This document shows positions 27,824 to 43,343 of a DNA stretch of 64,000 nucleotides, piece by piece. The DNA is from the human T2T-CHM13v2.0 reference genome, Homo sapiens. The notes beneath the pieces were generated by a model. That model did no database searches. It saw only the letters and a list, made by a program, of their open reading frames with translations, and was not told the DNA's origin. Position numbers and translations under genes: made by a program. The stretch lies in NCBI RefSeq assembly GCF_009914755.1, contig NC_060926.1; one strand, given 5' to 3'. The first letter of the stretch is position 1. Every line of letters begins with the position of its first letter.

Positions 27824-28110
27824 TGGCTGGGTGCGGTGGCTCACACTGGTAATCTCAGTGCTTTTCTTGAGGCCAGGGGTTTGAGACCAGCCTGTGTAGC
27901 ATAGCAAGATCCCTGTCTCTATATAACAAAAAATTTAGCCAGGCATGGCGGTGTGTGCCTGTAGTCCTAGTTACTCAGGAGGCTGGAGTGGGAATGGTGG
28001 TGTGTGCCTGTAGTCCTAGTTACTCAGGAGGCTGGAGTGGGAGGATCACTGGAGCCCAAAAGTTTGAGATTCCAGCCTGGGCGACAGAGATTTTCTCTTA
28101 AAAAAAAAAA
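27824..28110 (+). mobile_element. AluJ-like element with an internal 49-bp tandem duplication
   Basis: ggctgggtgcggtggctcac start and J-type gggaggatcactggagccca. Duplicated units at 27945-27993 and 27994-28042. Confidence 0.85.
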
Positions 28111-28188
28111 ATTCTTTCCATTTTCTTGCCCAAACTTTGCCTTTATGCTTGAATCTTACCCTGTTTACCAGACTGGATCTTGGCACCA

Positions 28189-28352
28189 TCATCCATCCAT
28201 CCATCCATCCATCCACACATCCATCCATCCATCCATCCATCCATCCATCCACACATCCATCCCTCCATGCATCCATCCATCCATCCACACATCCATCCAT
28301 CCATGCATCCATTCATCCATCCACACATCCATCCATCCATGCATCCATTCAT
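28189..28352. repeat. (ATCC)n microsatellite with ACAC and ATGC variants
   Basis: Directly visible. Confidence 0.95.
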
Positions 28353-28484
28353 ACCCATCTAGCTAGCCATCCCTTTTTTCATCTATTTTAATTCCCCTTT
28401 TACTTGCAAACTCTCTCTTAATTATTTCTTTATTGACTACATTTGTACCAAAGATTCTCTCCTCAAAAAGCCCTCTTTTAATTT

Positions 28485-29760
28485 AGGAAGATAAAAATAT
28501 ATTCTGGAATTCTGGACATAAATGGTGGTGATGCTTGCATAATATTGTGAATATACTTACTGCTATTGAATTATACACTTAAAATAGTTAAAATGGTTAA
28601 TTATGTATATTTTACCTCAATAAAAACCTCCCAACATGCTTCCATATCACGTATCTTCATTGCTTCCTCCTCTCCTCTGTAGCCATGTGTCTTGCGTTAT
28701 CTATACTTGTTTTATCTTTTTCTGAAATTTCCTTCAACTGTCTTTTCTCCCCAGGAATTCCACAGTGACTACCCTCATTAAGGCTATCTTACCTTTCTAA
28801 TAATAAAATCGGGGGCTATTTATCAGTAATTACCTTGCCAGTCTCTGCACTTGGCCCTCTTCAGTGTGGCCTACTAACTGCAAATCTTTCCTTTCTATAA
28901 TCCTGTCTCAAGTGGATCCTCTACTTTTTCCCTAGATCCTGTGTCTCGTCCACTCATGGACAGCTTCCAGTCCTCCAGTGTTGGCCTTTCCCTGCCATAT
29001 TGCAGGTTATTCTCTCTAGAATGACTCATTCCTATCAGCATATAAACATAAGTCTTATTCTTTAGTATATTTAAAACGCTGTTTTACCATTTTGTCTTAG
29101 TGACGCCTCCTAATCCAAGAAGTCGCTCCGTCAAGTCAGTGATCCCTGTGGTGTGACTGAGTCCAGTGGTTAATTCTCATCTCCACACTGCAGGGATCAG
29201 CAGCTGCACAGAACACAGTCAACTGCCCTTTCCTTCCGGAGAGTTTTCCTCCCTTCGCTTCCCTGTTTTCCCTCTTCATTTTTCTCCCACTTTGTGCACT
29301 ACCCAAACTCAGGTTTCTTCTGAGATTTAACACAAACCGTTTTCTCACAACCCACATCAATTCTTCCAGGAATCCTATTGACCCTGACATCAATGTGTTT
29401 CCATAATTGGCCACTTATTACCATTTCACTCCTACCATCCTATTCAAGCCAACATCACCCCTTACCTGGAGGACAAATAGGCTCCCAACCAGGCTCCCTT
29501 TCTTACTCTTGTTCTAACAAAGCTTCCTCTCAACCTACCATTCAGAGGACTGATATTAAACCTGTCAGATCGCCTCATGCCTGTGCTCAGAAGCTGCCTC
29601 TGGTTTCCTGTTTCTGTCAGTGTAGAAGCCACAGTTTCTAGTATGACTTGCAGAGCCCCGTGTGATCTGGCCTCTCCAGGGTCCTCCTGTCGGTCTTTCC
29701 ATTGTTCGCTGAGGATTCTCACTTTGGCTCTGCCTTCAGCATGTGGAACATGCCCTTGTC
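28485..29760 (+). mobile_element. L1M 3' tail (~28485-28625) followed by degenerate L2
   Basis: ttatacacttaaaatagttaaaatgg (L1M), then pyrimidine-rich L2-like sequence such as gccccgtgtgatctggcc. Confidence 0.55.
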
Positions 29761-31199
29761 TATTTCCATTAGATGTGTATATTGTATATATAATGTATTA
29801 TCATATCGTGTCTATAATAAATAGGTAAAAATGTCTCTGGATGTTTATCCCACCATACTGATAGAAGATGAAGGCCTTGACTCTCTAAACCAAAATGAGA
29901 CGTATTCAATTCCTAAACTGCTGAAGACCTTGGCAGGATTTTTCATTCAGATTTACTCTATTTCTACACTTTCCACCCAATATGCTTCACGCTAGTAATT
30001 TCATTTTTCCCCAAGCCACAACTCCTCTCCCTCGTTTCTGCTGATACTTCCCTTACAGTTGTCTGGAGCACTGTCCAAGCTGTGTGGCCCCCCACACTGA
30101 CCTGTCTTCCACCACACTTTACTTCATCTTACATCACTCATCACCACTCTGCCCCAAGACATGTTCGGGTGCTCTCATTTCTAAAGTAGTGATTCAAACG
30201 TGCTTATTTTAGGGGAAGTGAAGATTTTCCTTGTGAAATTCTGTGATATTCAGACACATGTTATTCTGTTATTCATGCAAGAAATTTTGCTAAGAGAATA
30301 TATTTTAAACATAAAGTAAAATATCTCAAAATAATATCTCATGTATATCCACTAATATTCACTTGCAACATTTTCATTTGTTTCATAATCCGGTAATGCT
30401 CACCAAACCAGCAAACAGCAACAGATGACAAAATTTGAAGAGGAATTTTTAAAAGCAATTATTTTCTAGTTGATGTACTTTATTAAATAAGGAAAGGTAC
30501 ATTACTTAATTTTAGAGTAAAGACAGCTCGTTCTGGCTTAGAGAATGCCTTCCTTCTCCTGGTTCACGAGATGCCACGCGTGGACCATAGCACAGAGGGC
30601 GGCACAGAGGCCCTGGAAGATTTACCGCAGGAAACTCAGTTTTCATTCCTTCCTCCTTCTCCTCCCTCTCTTAGTTCCTCCCTCACACCATCCTTCTTTT
30701 CCTTTTTTCTGTTTTTATGTCAATATTAAGTTTTAAGCAATGATTGTGCAGTTAGAAGCTGTGTTAGGAACAGGAGTGTGTTGGTGTGCAAACCCTCACA
30801 CAAGTCCTAGAACTTTTATTTAGCTTGGAAACAAGATGTGAATCACACAATCACAAAAAATGTGGCAAACCCCAACCCCATGCTCTCGTGGTGTAGGACC
30901 ACTTGTCACTTCCAGAATGTTCCATGAAATGTCTTGTTTCTCCTCCATTGCTCAGGTTTTCCTTACTTGGATTTTTACGACTCTCCCCTCACCTCTAGCT
31001 CAAGTTTTAGAGTCCCAGGAAATCGCCCTCTCTAGGAAGTGGCTGTGGCCATCTGTATCCTGGTGTAGCTGTCTCCTGCTTTTCTCAGTGAAGCTTGTCT
31101 GCCCCTGGATTTTATACCCAGCCGACACCCACAGTTCATGTCTACTGACTTAATAGGCAATGTTTATTAGGTAGCCAATGTTTATTTTGTTTTTGACTA

Positions 31200-31915
31200 C
31201 TCACTGAACTCAACACTTTAGGTACTCAACACTGATGTCCTGATGTCCTTTTTGTGCTCTGGTGTCAGATCCAGGATCCTCCGTGTCATTTAGCATCGTG
31301 TCTCCTCAGGCTCCTCTCGACTGTGACAGTTTCCCAGATTCTCCTAGTTTTTGATGACTGAGACAGTTTTGGTAAGTACTGATCAGGTGGTTTTCAGAAT
31401 GCCCCCTAATGTGTGTTTCCCTGATGATTGTTTCATGGTTAGACTAGGGCTATTTGTTGCTGGGAGGAAGACCAGAGGAGTGGGTTTGCCATCCTGTCAT
31501 CGTGGCAGAATATGCTGTCTCCATGCCTCGTCACCAGCGATACACACCTGTCATCTGGCGGGAGTGGAGGTGCCAGTCTTCTTCATTATAAACTCACTGC
31601 TTTTCCTTCTTTCCCTGTGTACCCTTTGGAAGGAAGTAACTAAGCTCAGCCCACTTCAAGGGGTAGGGAATTACTCTCAACTTCAATGAGGAGGGAGCAC
31701 CTAACTACATTAATTGAGATTCTTATTTATAGGAAATTTGCACTCTCTTCTTCATTTATTCAGTTAATCAGAAATATGAACTCATGGGCAATATTTTTTA
31801 ATTAAAGTTGACACAAACAGTTGTTAATAATCCAGGGAATACGATATTTGAAGCACCCAACATTGTAACTAAGTTTAGCTCATTTTCGATTATTGCATTA
31901 TTTGGTCCTTCCAAC
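31200..31915 (-). mobile_element. L1MC/MD 3' UTR fragment
   Basis: ccaggatcctccgtgtcatttagcatcgtgtctcc...gtttcccagattctcctagtttttgatgac...gtaagtactgatcagg. Confidence 0.65.
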
Positions 31916-31916
31916 A

Positions 31917-33520
31917 GTGTGCATGGGGGGTGTTGTATATGTGCACGTCTGTGTGTGCAGTATGCATGGTGTGTATATGGTGTATGAGTATGTGTCTGTT
32001 TTTGATACATGGTGTGCATGTACCTGTGGTGTGTGTGGTGGGCATGTGTGGGTATGTGTGTTCTGTGTGTGGTATTTGATGTATGTGTGGTATGTGTGTA
32101 TAGACATATGATATGAAGGATGTGTGTTTGGTGTGTGAGATGTTTATGTTGTGTGTCCCATGTGGTGTTGTATGTGTGGTGTGTGTTTGTGTGTAGTGTA
32201 CTGTGTGCAGGTGGTATGTGGCATGTGTGTTTGGTGTGTATTTATGTGTGTGCATGTATGCTGTGGGGTGTGTGATGTGTGTGTGGTGGACATGTATGTG
32301 AGTATATGTGTATTGTGTGGTGCATATGGCATATGATGCATGTATGTGTGGTGTGTATATATGTGTGTGTGTACACATATGGTGTGTGTGTCTATGTGTG
32401 TGGTGTGGTGTATTTTGTGTGTGTATGTGGTATGTGTGTATGGGTATGTGATGTCTCTGTATGTGTGTGTCCATGTATGAGTTCTGTGATGTGTATGTGT
32501 GGCATCTGTATATGTGTTGTGTGGTGTGTGAATGTGGTGTATGTGTAAGTGTGGTATGTAGTGTTTGTGTGTGGTGTGTGGTGTGGTATATATGTAGTGT
32601 GGGGTGTGGTGTGTGGGGTGTGGTGTGTGCGGTGTGTGTGGGGTGTGGTGTGTGGAGTGTGTGTGGTGTGTGGTGTATGTGTTGTGTCTGTGGTGTGTGG
32701 TGTGTGGGGTGTAGAGTGTGGCATGTGGTGTATGTGGTATGTGTAGCATGTGCAATGTGCAGTATGGTGTGTGGTGTGTGGAGGGTGTGTGGTGTGTGGT
32801 TTGTCTGTGGTGTGTGGTGTGTGGTGTGTGTGGTGTGTGGAGGGTGTGTGGTGTGTGTGGTGTGTGGTGTGTGGAGGGTGTGTGGTGTGTGGAGGGTGTG
32901 TGGTGTGTGGTGTGTGGCGGGTATGTGGTATGTGGTGTGTGGAGGGTGTGTGGTGTGTGGTGTGTGGAGGTTGTGTGGTGTGTGGTGTGTGGTGTGTGGC
33001 GGGTGTGTGGTGTGTGGCGGGTGTGTGGCGGGTGTGTGGTGTGTGGTGTGTGGAGGGTGTTTGGTGTGTGGTGTGTGGAGGGTGTTTGGTGTGTGGTGTG
33101 TGGAGAGTGTGTGGTGTGTGGTGTGTGGTGTGTGGCGGGTGTGTGGTGTGTGGTGTGTGGAGGGTGTTTGGTGTGTGGTGTGTGGAGAGTGTGTGGTGTG
33201 TGGTGTGTGGTGTGTGGCGGGTGTGTGGTGTGTGGTGTGTGGAGGGTGTTTGGTGTGTGGTGTGTGGAGAGTGTGTGGTGTGTGGTGTGTGGTGTGTGGC
33301 GGGTGTGTGGTGTGTGGTGTGTGGAGGGTGTTTGGTGTGTGGTGTGTGGAGGGTGTGTGGTGTGTGGTGTGTGGCGGGTGTGTGGTGTGTGGTGTGTGGC
33401 GGGTGTGTGGTGTGTGGTGCGTGGAGGGTGTTTGGTGTGTGGTGTGTGGAGGGTGTTTGGTGTGTGGTGTGTGGAGAGTGTGTGGTGTGTGGTGTGGGTG
33501 GTGTGGGAGTTGCGTGGTGT
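31917..33520. repeat. 1.6-kb GT-rich array grading into a (GGTGTGT)n-based minisatellite
   Basis: Directly visible. 7-mer GGTGTGT plus 11-mers GGAGGGTGTGT, GGCGGGTGTGT and GGAGAGTGTGT. Confidence 0.97.
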
Positions 33521-34053
33521 GATGTCTTGGTTATGTGACAGTGACCCCTCCCTGTCTGGGTCTTCAGGGAAGGCTTCAGTAAGGGACTCACATTCGTGCC
33601 AGAGCTTGAAGGGCCTGGCACCCTCCCCACACACAATGCTATGCTCTCCTGCCTTTCTTGTGTCTCCCTTGCTCTTCCATGCTGCACACTGGGGTGTTGG
33701 ACCAGTATCCAGAAAGCCCCCTTAGATCATCCTCCTAAATGGCCTTGGCATTTCCACTCTAGAAAGAGCCTTAGTTTTAGAACGAGACAGGTCTGAGTGT
33801 CAATGCCTCTGCCCCTCACTTGCTATCTGATCCTCAGAATTCTCCTGTGAAAATGAGGCCCATCCTTTCATGTGAGAATCAAGATGTGGCTGTTCATGGA
33901 ACACACTAGGTACTCAATAGAGCTATCGGTGATCACATGTGAAGGTGTCATTGACCATTAGTAGCTAATTATTAATGGCTTTCTTAAAGAACATTTAAGC
34001 CTCTGGTACTGTTTCTAATTGGAAGTTCTCAGACCCCTAAAGAAGAGGCATGA

Positions 34054-34352
<299 letters not shown>

Positions 34353-34694
34353 GGCATGAAGAAGACATTTTAGCCGAGAGTCTCAGTGACCTTCAGGTTA
34401 TCCCTGAGAGCAATCTCTCCTGTCTATAAGCAAATCAGCCCTTCTTTTACTGAAATTCCTGGATATTAGCAAACTGTCAGTTTAGATATTTCCAAATTAG
34501 ATATGAGACTAAGAAAAATGTTTACATTAAAGTGGATTTTTATTTTACAGCAAAATTACTTTCATAGTATTTATAGCTATAGCCCTAATGTGTGTGACCC
34601 TTCAAAATTCCTATGTTGAAACCCAGTCACCAATCTGATGGTGTTAGGAGGTGAGGCCTTGTTCAAGGTGATTAGGTCATTAAAGCAGCAGCCT

Positions 34695-35547
<853 letters not shown>

Positions 35548-37123
35548 GGCCCCCATAATGGGAGTAGTGTCCTCAGAAGAAGAGACAGGGGAGGTCTGCC
35601 CTGGCCCTAGCCAGGTGTAAGGACACAGCCAGAAAGCACTATCCAGGAACCTGGATCTGGCCCTTACTAGCCCCTGAATCAGCTGGTGCCTTGATCTTGT
35701 ACTTCCAGACTCCAGAACTGTGAGCAATAAATTTCTCTTGTGTATAAGATCCCCCCGGCTTGAGGTGTTTTGTTATATTAGTTCTAATGGACCGAGCCAT
35801 TGCAGACTTCAGGCCCCAACAGGCCTTCTTCAGCTTTGCAACCTGGGAGGAATGCCCCTTCCCCCGGGCAGGTCTCTATCCTGCTGCTCCTCTGACTCTG
35901 AGGAGGGACCGAAGTGGAGAGCTGGCCATCCCCATGGTGGCCTGGGGAGGGAGCCCAGAACAGGTATTTCTAGGAGGCCAGTGAATCCCTGAGCAGCCCG
36001 TCCTTTGTGGCGGCTTAATAGAGGATGACTTTGGGGGAGGGAAATCTTCACCTATACAAATTCCCATATTTAACTCTTTTCATTCTTGCTGGTGAAGAGA
36101 TGGAAAGGAAATCCGGCTCTATGCATAGACTACCTAACCTAGCATTTCTGCTGGGAATCACGGTTGCCCAAGGAAACAGTGTTGATGATCCCCCCGCACT
36201 CTGAGCACCCTATCTGCTCTACTAGGGGCCCCAAATGCCAGTGATGCCATAAGTCACCAAATTTCTGTGACTTTTAATAGCCCTCTCTTTCCTCCCTGGA
36301 AATCAGTATGTTTGGGTTTCCAGTCTCGTACTAGGTCCGAGTCTCACGTGAGTGGTGCCCACAGAGTGAGCTACCTCCAACCCCAGCATTGGCTGATAAG
36401 GAAAGCCCACAATATACTATGTGTCTGTAACCAGAACCTCTTGCAGTCTCCTTTTAAAAATAAATAAATTCAACAACAACAAAAAAAGCCATCAAAAAAG
36501 GACAGGTGTTCAGAGCCCACATATTTTAGCAAATAAATAGCAGTTTTAAAATAAGGCATTACGTGCAAGCCAACATCATGTGGCTGCCCTTATGCCGAGA
36601 AGGCACATGGGTGGGTTTCTTTTCTTTTCTTTCTTCTTTTTTTTTTTGTAACTCAATACTTACATGTTGAAGACAATTTAGTTTTCTAAAGAGAAATTAA
36701 GGATTTCTACCTTCTTGGGTTCAACTAAATCTTCTCCACCTTGTGAGCCTTTAAATTTGTTATCCCTGAGGCTTAAACTAAATTACAGTGAAATAAAATA
36801 CTCAGTCTCTATATATTGCCCTAAAGAATTTGCAGATCTCCTTATTTACATGTGATTATAAATTAGTACAAATAAATTTTCTAAAGATACACACTATTTC
36901 CAAAAGTATTTTTTTTTTAATGTTCATCTTTTTCTTAGGAGTAAGGGAGGCTGGCTGAAGCAGGCCAGAGCTAGGATGAGGAACAAGCACTATAGCCGGA
37001 TGTGAAGTACAAAGACCTTGTCTAAGCTAATAGAATGTACTGAGGCGGGAACGGGGATGGCGGTGCAAGTGATCACTGGACAAGGAAGCTGTCATCTAAA
37101 TCCAGAAAGAAAACCAACAAGCC

Positions 37124-37426
37124 AGCCGGGCGCAGTGGCTCATGCCTGTAATCCCAGCACTTTGGAAGGCCGAGGCAGGCGGACCACCTGATGTCGGGAG
37201 TTGGCGACCAGCCTGACCAACATGCAGAAACCCCGTCTCTACTAAAAACTACAAAATTAGCCGGACATGGTGGTGCATGCCTGTAGTCCCAGCTACTCAG
37301 GAGGCTGAGGCAGGAGAATCCCTCGAACCTGGGAGGCGAGGTTGCGGTGAGCTGAGATTGCGCCATTGCACTCCAGCCTGGGTAACGAGAGTGAAACTCC
37401 ACCTCAAAAAAAAAAAAAGAAAAAAA
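37124..37426 (+). mobile_element. AluSp-like
   Basis: gtcgggagtt, cctgaccaacatg and gagtgaaactcc diagnostics. TSD aaagaaaaccaacaagcc. Confidence 0.93.
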
Positions 37427-38639
37427 GAAAACCAACAAGCCTAAGAGAGATGCAGACAGGGGTAGAGTCAGATTTGGAGGCAGGCATTCAGAACCAGGGA
37501 GAAGAGTTTTCAAAACAACAGATTGAGATCAATAGGTGGAAACTTGTTTTCTAGCCTCACAAAATCAGCCTCTGAAGCTGGCACTGATGACTCATTAAGA
37601 GGAGGCAAACATGAAGTAGTGATGGAGCAGATGTGCTCATTCATTGTACTATTGCCAGCAACAGGGCTGCACGCCTTCCATACATGGCCTCTAATCCTGC
37701 TGCCATCCCCAAAGGACCTGTGTATGCTCCCTGTTTTATGGACGAACCCCTCTGACCCAGTAAGTCTAAGTAATTTTTCCATATTTACTACGAAACAAAG
37801 CTAGAATTCAACCACAGTTTTCTTTTCCCAGACCCATACTCTTTAGGAACAGCTGGAAATAAGCAAAGGTCTTTTGAGTCATGTTGACTGCAGGAATGTA
37901 TATAATTTCCCAAGATGATCATTTTGAAAAAGAGGGTCTGCATTTGGATACACACATACACACATTCCATGAATTTGTTGAGCGAAAGATCTTGTTAATT
38001 AATGGGGACCCTTTCCAAATATCGTTCTGAAAAACAATCCAACACAACTGGCATTGACAAAATATTTTCAAGGGGCAAACAAAGGTTTAGTGAATAGCAA
38101 TATGGAGCACTACACAGTGCTTCAAAGGTATGGCACAGCTAGAAGCCTCTGGGAACGTGCTCGATATTTCCAGGAACAGTGAGTTAATGGACAGAATTAG
38201 ATCCTCGCCAAGGGGCAGGAGAGCACACGGCCATTTTAAAGGACAAAAGTGAAGTGTTTTTAAAGTTTTTCACACTTTGGCGTGGTTTTAAGGTAATATT
38301 TAGTTGCATGCAATAGAGAAGTTCATTTGCTAAAAAACCATGCGAATAGGTATCCAATTCTATTTGCCCTCACAGGTGTTGACAAACCCGGATCACTTCA
38401 CAGAGACACAAAGAAGACCATTTTCATGTCATTCTTATGAATTTATACATGCCCAGAACCGAGGCATGTCGGGATCTGCGAGGAAAGGTGAATCACTCAA
38501 AAAGAAGATGTAGACAAAAACCCTCAGGAGGGAGCATACCTTTACAGTTCACTGCGTCTGAGGCAAAGGGGCGGTGGGATTTCAGAGAAAGAGGAGACCG
38601 AAGTGGAAAGGTCGGAAAAGCCTTCCTGCTTCTCTGAGC

Positions 38640-40085
38640 CCAGGCCTGGCAGAGGCCACTGCAGGGGGTTGCTGCTGACAGCGAACTGCAGCCTCATGAG
38701 AGGCCCTGAGCAGAACCATCTGGATTAACCTCTCCTGGATCTCCGCGTTGCCGAACTGTAGGAAATCATATGTATTTGTTTTCTAAAGTTGCTAATTTGG
38801 GAAGCAATTTTTAAACACAATAATAGGGTTCAATACGATCTCTGTGGTTTAATTAGACTGTGGGTTGTGGGGGGGCTGCAATTATAACAGCACAAAGATT
38901 TGCAGAAAGCTCTTATATTTATTTCAGGAAGATAGATGAGACTGGGGAGCACGTCTGAAAATACAGTGAGAGAGTCAAATTTTGGTACAATAAATCCTGA
39001 ACACTAACTGAATGGGATTGGCTGTCTAGATGTGAGGTGAGAGAAAAAGAGGAGACTCACAGGTGCGTCCAAGGTTTGTCACCTGAGGCGCTTTGGGAGG
39101 GAGGGAAGGCTTTGGGTGTGAAGCTGTCCATGGGCCCATTTTTGGAAATAGTTTGCAATACCGATGAGACAGTTTCGTGGAGGTGCCTGGTAGAGAGCTG
39201 AACGTAGGGGCATGGAGATCAGGGCAGAGGCCAGGGTTTTCCTCTCATTTCCATACTTCCACTTCCATGGAAGTGGACATTTGGGAGCTCTAATTGTATG
39301 GGTGGCATTTAGACCCATGGGGCTGAATAAGCTTACCTGTGTGAATGAGGATGGACAGAGAAAATAATAGAGCTGAGGGCTAATTGGGATACACCAACAA
39401 TTAAAGATTAGGAAGAAAGGAGTAAGAACTGGCTATGAGGAAGGAGGAGCATGGAGAGAGTGGTTTCACTGAATCTAGAATAAAAGAAATATTTCAAGGA
39501 CCTGATAGTGATCAATTGCTGAAAGCTACTTACTCATCAACTACGATAAGGACTGAAATTTAACTTTAATTGGGCTGAGATTTCGAACCATAGAGATCCC
39601 TCTTAACTTTGATAAGAGCTGTTTTTTGTGAAATGGGATGTCTGATGAAAGGAAGGAGAGACAAGCAGAGAAAGGAGAGTCGACAAAACCAGGAGATAGT
39701 TTCCAGGAGCTGCAGCAAAGGGGAGCTAAGCCAGTGCCATAGTTGAGGAGGTCTGTGGGGTGGAGGGAAAGCTCATTTAGTGCTGAAAGAAAGCACACTG
39801 TGATGTATGTAGTACACAAAGGCATGCTGAAAGAACAAGTCACTAAATAGCTGAGAGGCGGTGGGATCCATTGCATAAATGAAGAGTTTGGCATTAAATA
39901 GCAGCTAGAACAACCTATCTATTTACCAGGAAAAGAGGCAGAGAAGAGGTGTGGGAGCACATAGAAGTCCTCTTGTGATTGAATGTAAATAAAAGAAGGG
40001 TTATCAACTGATAAGGAGGAGCTGGAGGGGATTCTGGGGCTGAAAACACTAGTGGAAGTTAGGAGGGTGGGAGAGTGACAGGGTA
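38640..40085. mobile_element. MLT1 3' fragment (~38640-38825, +) followed by antisense L2
   Basis: gcagcctcatgagaggccctgagcagaacc...aagttgctaatttggg (MLT1) and tcttaactttgataagagctg (L2). Confidence 0.6.
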
Positions 40086-40087
40086 GA

Positions 40088-40467
40088 TGATATGCTTTGG
40101 CTCTGTGTCCCCACCCAAAGTGCATCTCGAATTGTAATCCCCACATGTCCAAGGAGGGGCCTGTAATCCCCACGTGTGGAGGGAGGGAGGTGATTGGATC
40201 CTGGGGATGGTTTTCCCCATGCTGTTCTCGTCATACTTAATGAGTCCTCACGAGACCTGATGGTTTGATAAGTGTTTGGCAGGTCCTCTATTTTGCTCTC
40301 TCTCACCTGCCACCATGTAAGATGAGCCTGCTTCCCCCTCTGCCATGATTGTAAGTTTCCTGAGGCTTCCCCAGCCATGCAGAACTGTGAGTCAATTAAG
40401 CTTTTCTTCATTGTAAATTACCCAGTCTTGGGCATTTCTTTATAGCAGTGTAAAAACTACTAGTACG
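40088..40467 (+). mobile_element. THE1 (D-like) solo LTR
   Basis: tgatatgctttggctctgtgtccccacccaaa...ctttatagcagtgtaaaaactactagtac. Confidence 0.88.
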
Positions 40468-43343
40468 GTGGCCCAGTCTCAGCGGGTAACACAGGAGTAA
40501 TCACTCATGTGGAATGTTGCTGAAGGTTAGTCTGCTACAGAGCTCCAAACACTGTCAGCTGTATGACTGCAGGCCAGGGTGGGGAAGGGAGGGAACGTAG
40601 ATGTGAGGAGGATTAGGGACAGTGGAAAAATAGTAGGATCAGCGCATTTTGAGCTCTGGGGCTGGTGGATGGGGAACGGAGGTGAAGATGGTTTGTGTCA
40701 AGACACAATAGCAAATAAAATGGAAATAAAGGAGGCAGGGTTAATTGCCTATGTGAATTTTTTGTTCTGTAAATAGCTCCTGTCTTTTTTATTTCTTTCA
40801 TTCCTAAATCGGGGCTACCGTGTGTGTTAGTCTCCATGGTGTGTTACATGCTATTTCTTTTACAGCTTTTTCTCTTTTATTTTCTGGCAAATATATGCTA
40901 GTTAGTTGTCCTTTACTTTGCTTATAATTTTAAAGAAATAACTTCTAAATATTTCATAATTAGATATCGATGGCCCTTTTTGTGTATTTTGCTATCCTAT
41001 TTGAGCTTTGCTTTTCCATGACAAGAATGTAGTAATATTCATTCCATTTATTCTGTATTTACTTTATGACTTCTCCTACATGAAAACTGGACTCTATCTA
41101 AAATGTGTGTGTGTGTACAAATTAGTACTAACTTATTTATTTTCTAACTCAATTTTGGTCCAACAATATTTATGACATGAGAAATTCTGACTTTTTCAAG
41201 TTTGTTTAGATAGACCTGTCATTAGCCCTTGCAGTAATGTGAAGCCTTGAACTCTCCAAAAATCAGAATATTTAGATTAGAACAGCTCTTTCAATACTAA
41301 TAAGAATACGTGGAAATATTGCTCAATAATCTCATATGTTGAGTAACCTGTAATAAATGGAAACTCTAAGAATTCATAGCAAAATGAGAGTGACACTTTA
41401 AATCATCAGTTATTAAGGATAAACTTGCTTTCTAATACAAAAATAATTAAATCAAAATAGAAGCCATTCAGAGAACCACTTTTTCCTTCCTACTTCTGTC
41501 AAGCATGCTGTATAGACAGTGTAATTTATGTCAACATTTCATGGATCAAATAGACAGCAAGAATCATAGACTAAGAATCATAGCTACATTCCAGCTATAT
41601 CCAATAGCTTATATGTGTCTCCCAAGTTCAAAGCACTTAATAAAATATTCAAGTCAACATTTGTTTGATTTTCACTTCTCATTCTAATTTTTAAAATAAA
41701 AATATTTAACTATAATAAAAGTTGGGAAAATCTGAACAAACTTAGTTTATAAAATAGTCACAGCAAATAATAAAATTGATTTTCCTAAACTAAAGTCAAA
41801 GAATGTTAGAAAAAGAAAGTGATGATAATGACCATGATGAAAACTAACATTTTGTAAGATCATAATTGTTTGCTAGACAATGCAAATAGTCAGAAAGTAT
41901 CACCTTGTTTTGTTTCCACAGCAACCCTGCGAGGTATATGCTTTTATTATGTCACTTTAGGATAATTAAAACTCATCTCAGGAGAAAAAAACTGAAGGAA
42001 AAAGAAGTTAAGTTTTTTTCATGGCCTTAAAATAGAAATAGAATAACCAGGGCTTGACTGCCAGCATCCATGAGCTTAGAGCTCATAGTATAGCATCTTA
42101 TCCTCAGGTCTGCAGATGAGATAAATAAGGCATTATAAGAACTCTGCTCGATATTACACATGCCACTTGAAGGATATGGAATTTGGTGGAAGTACACACA
42201 CAAAATAGGCTTAGGTAACCTATATATAATTAAAACTACACCAAATATCTGGAAGTCCAATATATTTAAATAGTGATTTTCCTATTAATTTAGATTCTTA
42301 TAATTGAGCAATCAATACTTTTAGGTTGAAATCTATAATATGTATATGAAGTTCACATTGTATTTTCAAAAATATTGGAGATATAGTATTTTTCTATCTC
42401 AAAATCCAAATCGAGTTTGTTTCTTGAGCTTTGTCTTCAAATTCCTTAATTAATTAGAGCAGACAACTGGTTTGCATGAATAAAAACTAAAAGCTCTAAG
42501 GAACCCCTCAGGAGAGTCAAATGGAACTTGGAGAATCACCCACAAGCAGTCTTTGAGGCAGAATACTGCTTAATTCTCATAGATGCTAAATTTTATAAAC
42601 TGAAATGTTTTCGGAGCCAATTAAATGATATTATGTTCAGCATGGTCAATAAGACACTAAATAATCATCACAGGACTCTAATTCCTGGGCAACTCAAGAG
42701 CTGAAAATGTCAGAGATTTAGGATAGTTTCCTTATGTGAACCTAAATGTTTATCTCCTGAATCACTGATGCGAAAGAAACACATTTTCAACAACCAGTTA
42801 ACTGGAGAGGAGAAAACTATATTTGAACAGGCTGAGGAAGAGGCATTCACTAAGAAGGACAAAGTCTTACGTTGATATTAAAGTCAACAAATTAACATCT
42901 TTTAATTTAAAAAAATACATGAAAGATCGTATATATTTGCTAAACATATAATTAAAGATCTAGTGCTAGAATGATGTGTCATCAAAGAAATAAAGTAAAC
43001 AATCCCTTGATTCCAGGCTCTACTGTTAATTCCTATAAAACTTTCACCTACCCTTCCTTGACCACAGGGCTAACCTTCTCCTTGGAGTCTGAAACTGTCT
43101 CAGCTCATTCTCTGTAAGTCATCCGGGCCACAAGACATCTACTTTCCAGGGGCTTTCAAGGTTATCATCCACAAAATTAGTGCTATGGAAATGATTTTGA
43201 TATCTTCATTCATTGCAGATTTAACTTCGTCAATCTGGACTTCGGCCACATTCTTAACAGTATTAATAAACTTATTAGTATTAATTATGTATCGGACAGT
43301 AACTCTTTTTATGGAATATCTAGAAAATGGGAACAGGCAGAGG

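Noticed and set aside
31890-33725. Long ORFs of 262-496 aa rich in H/T/P or C/V/W/G
   Set aside because: They are translations of the GT-rich tandem array, which lacks stop codons in most frames.
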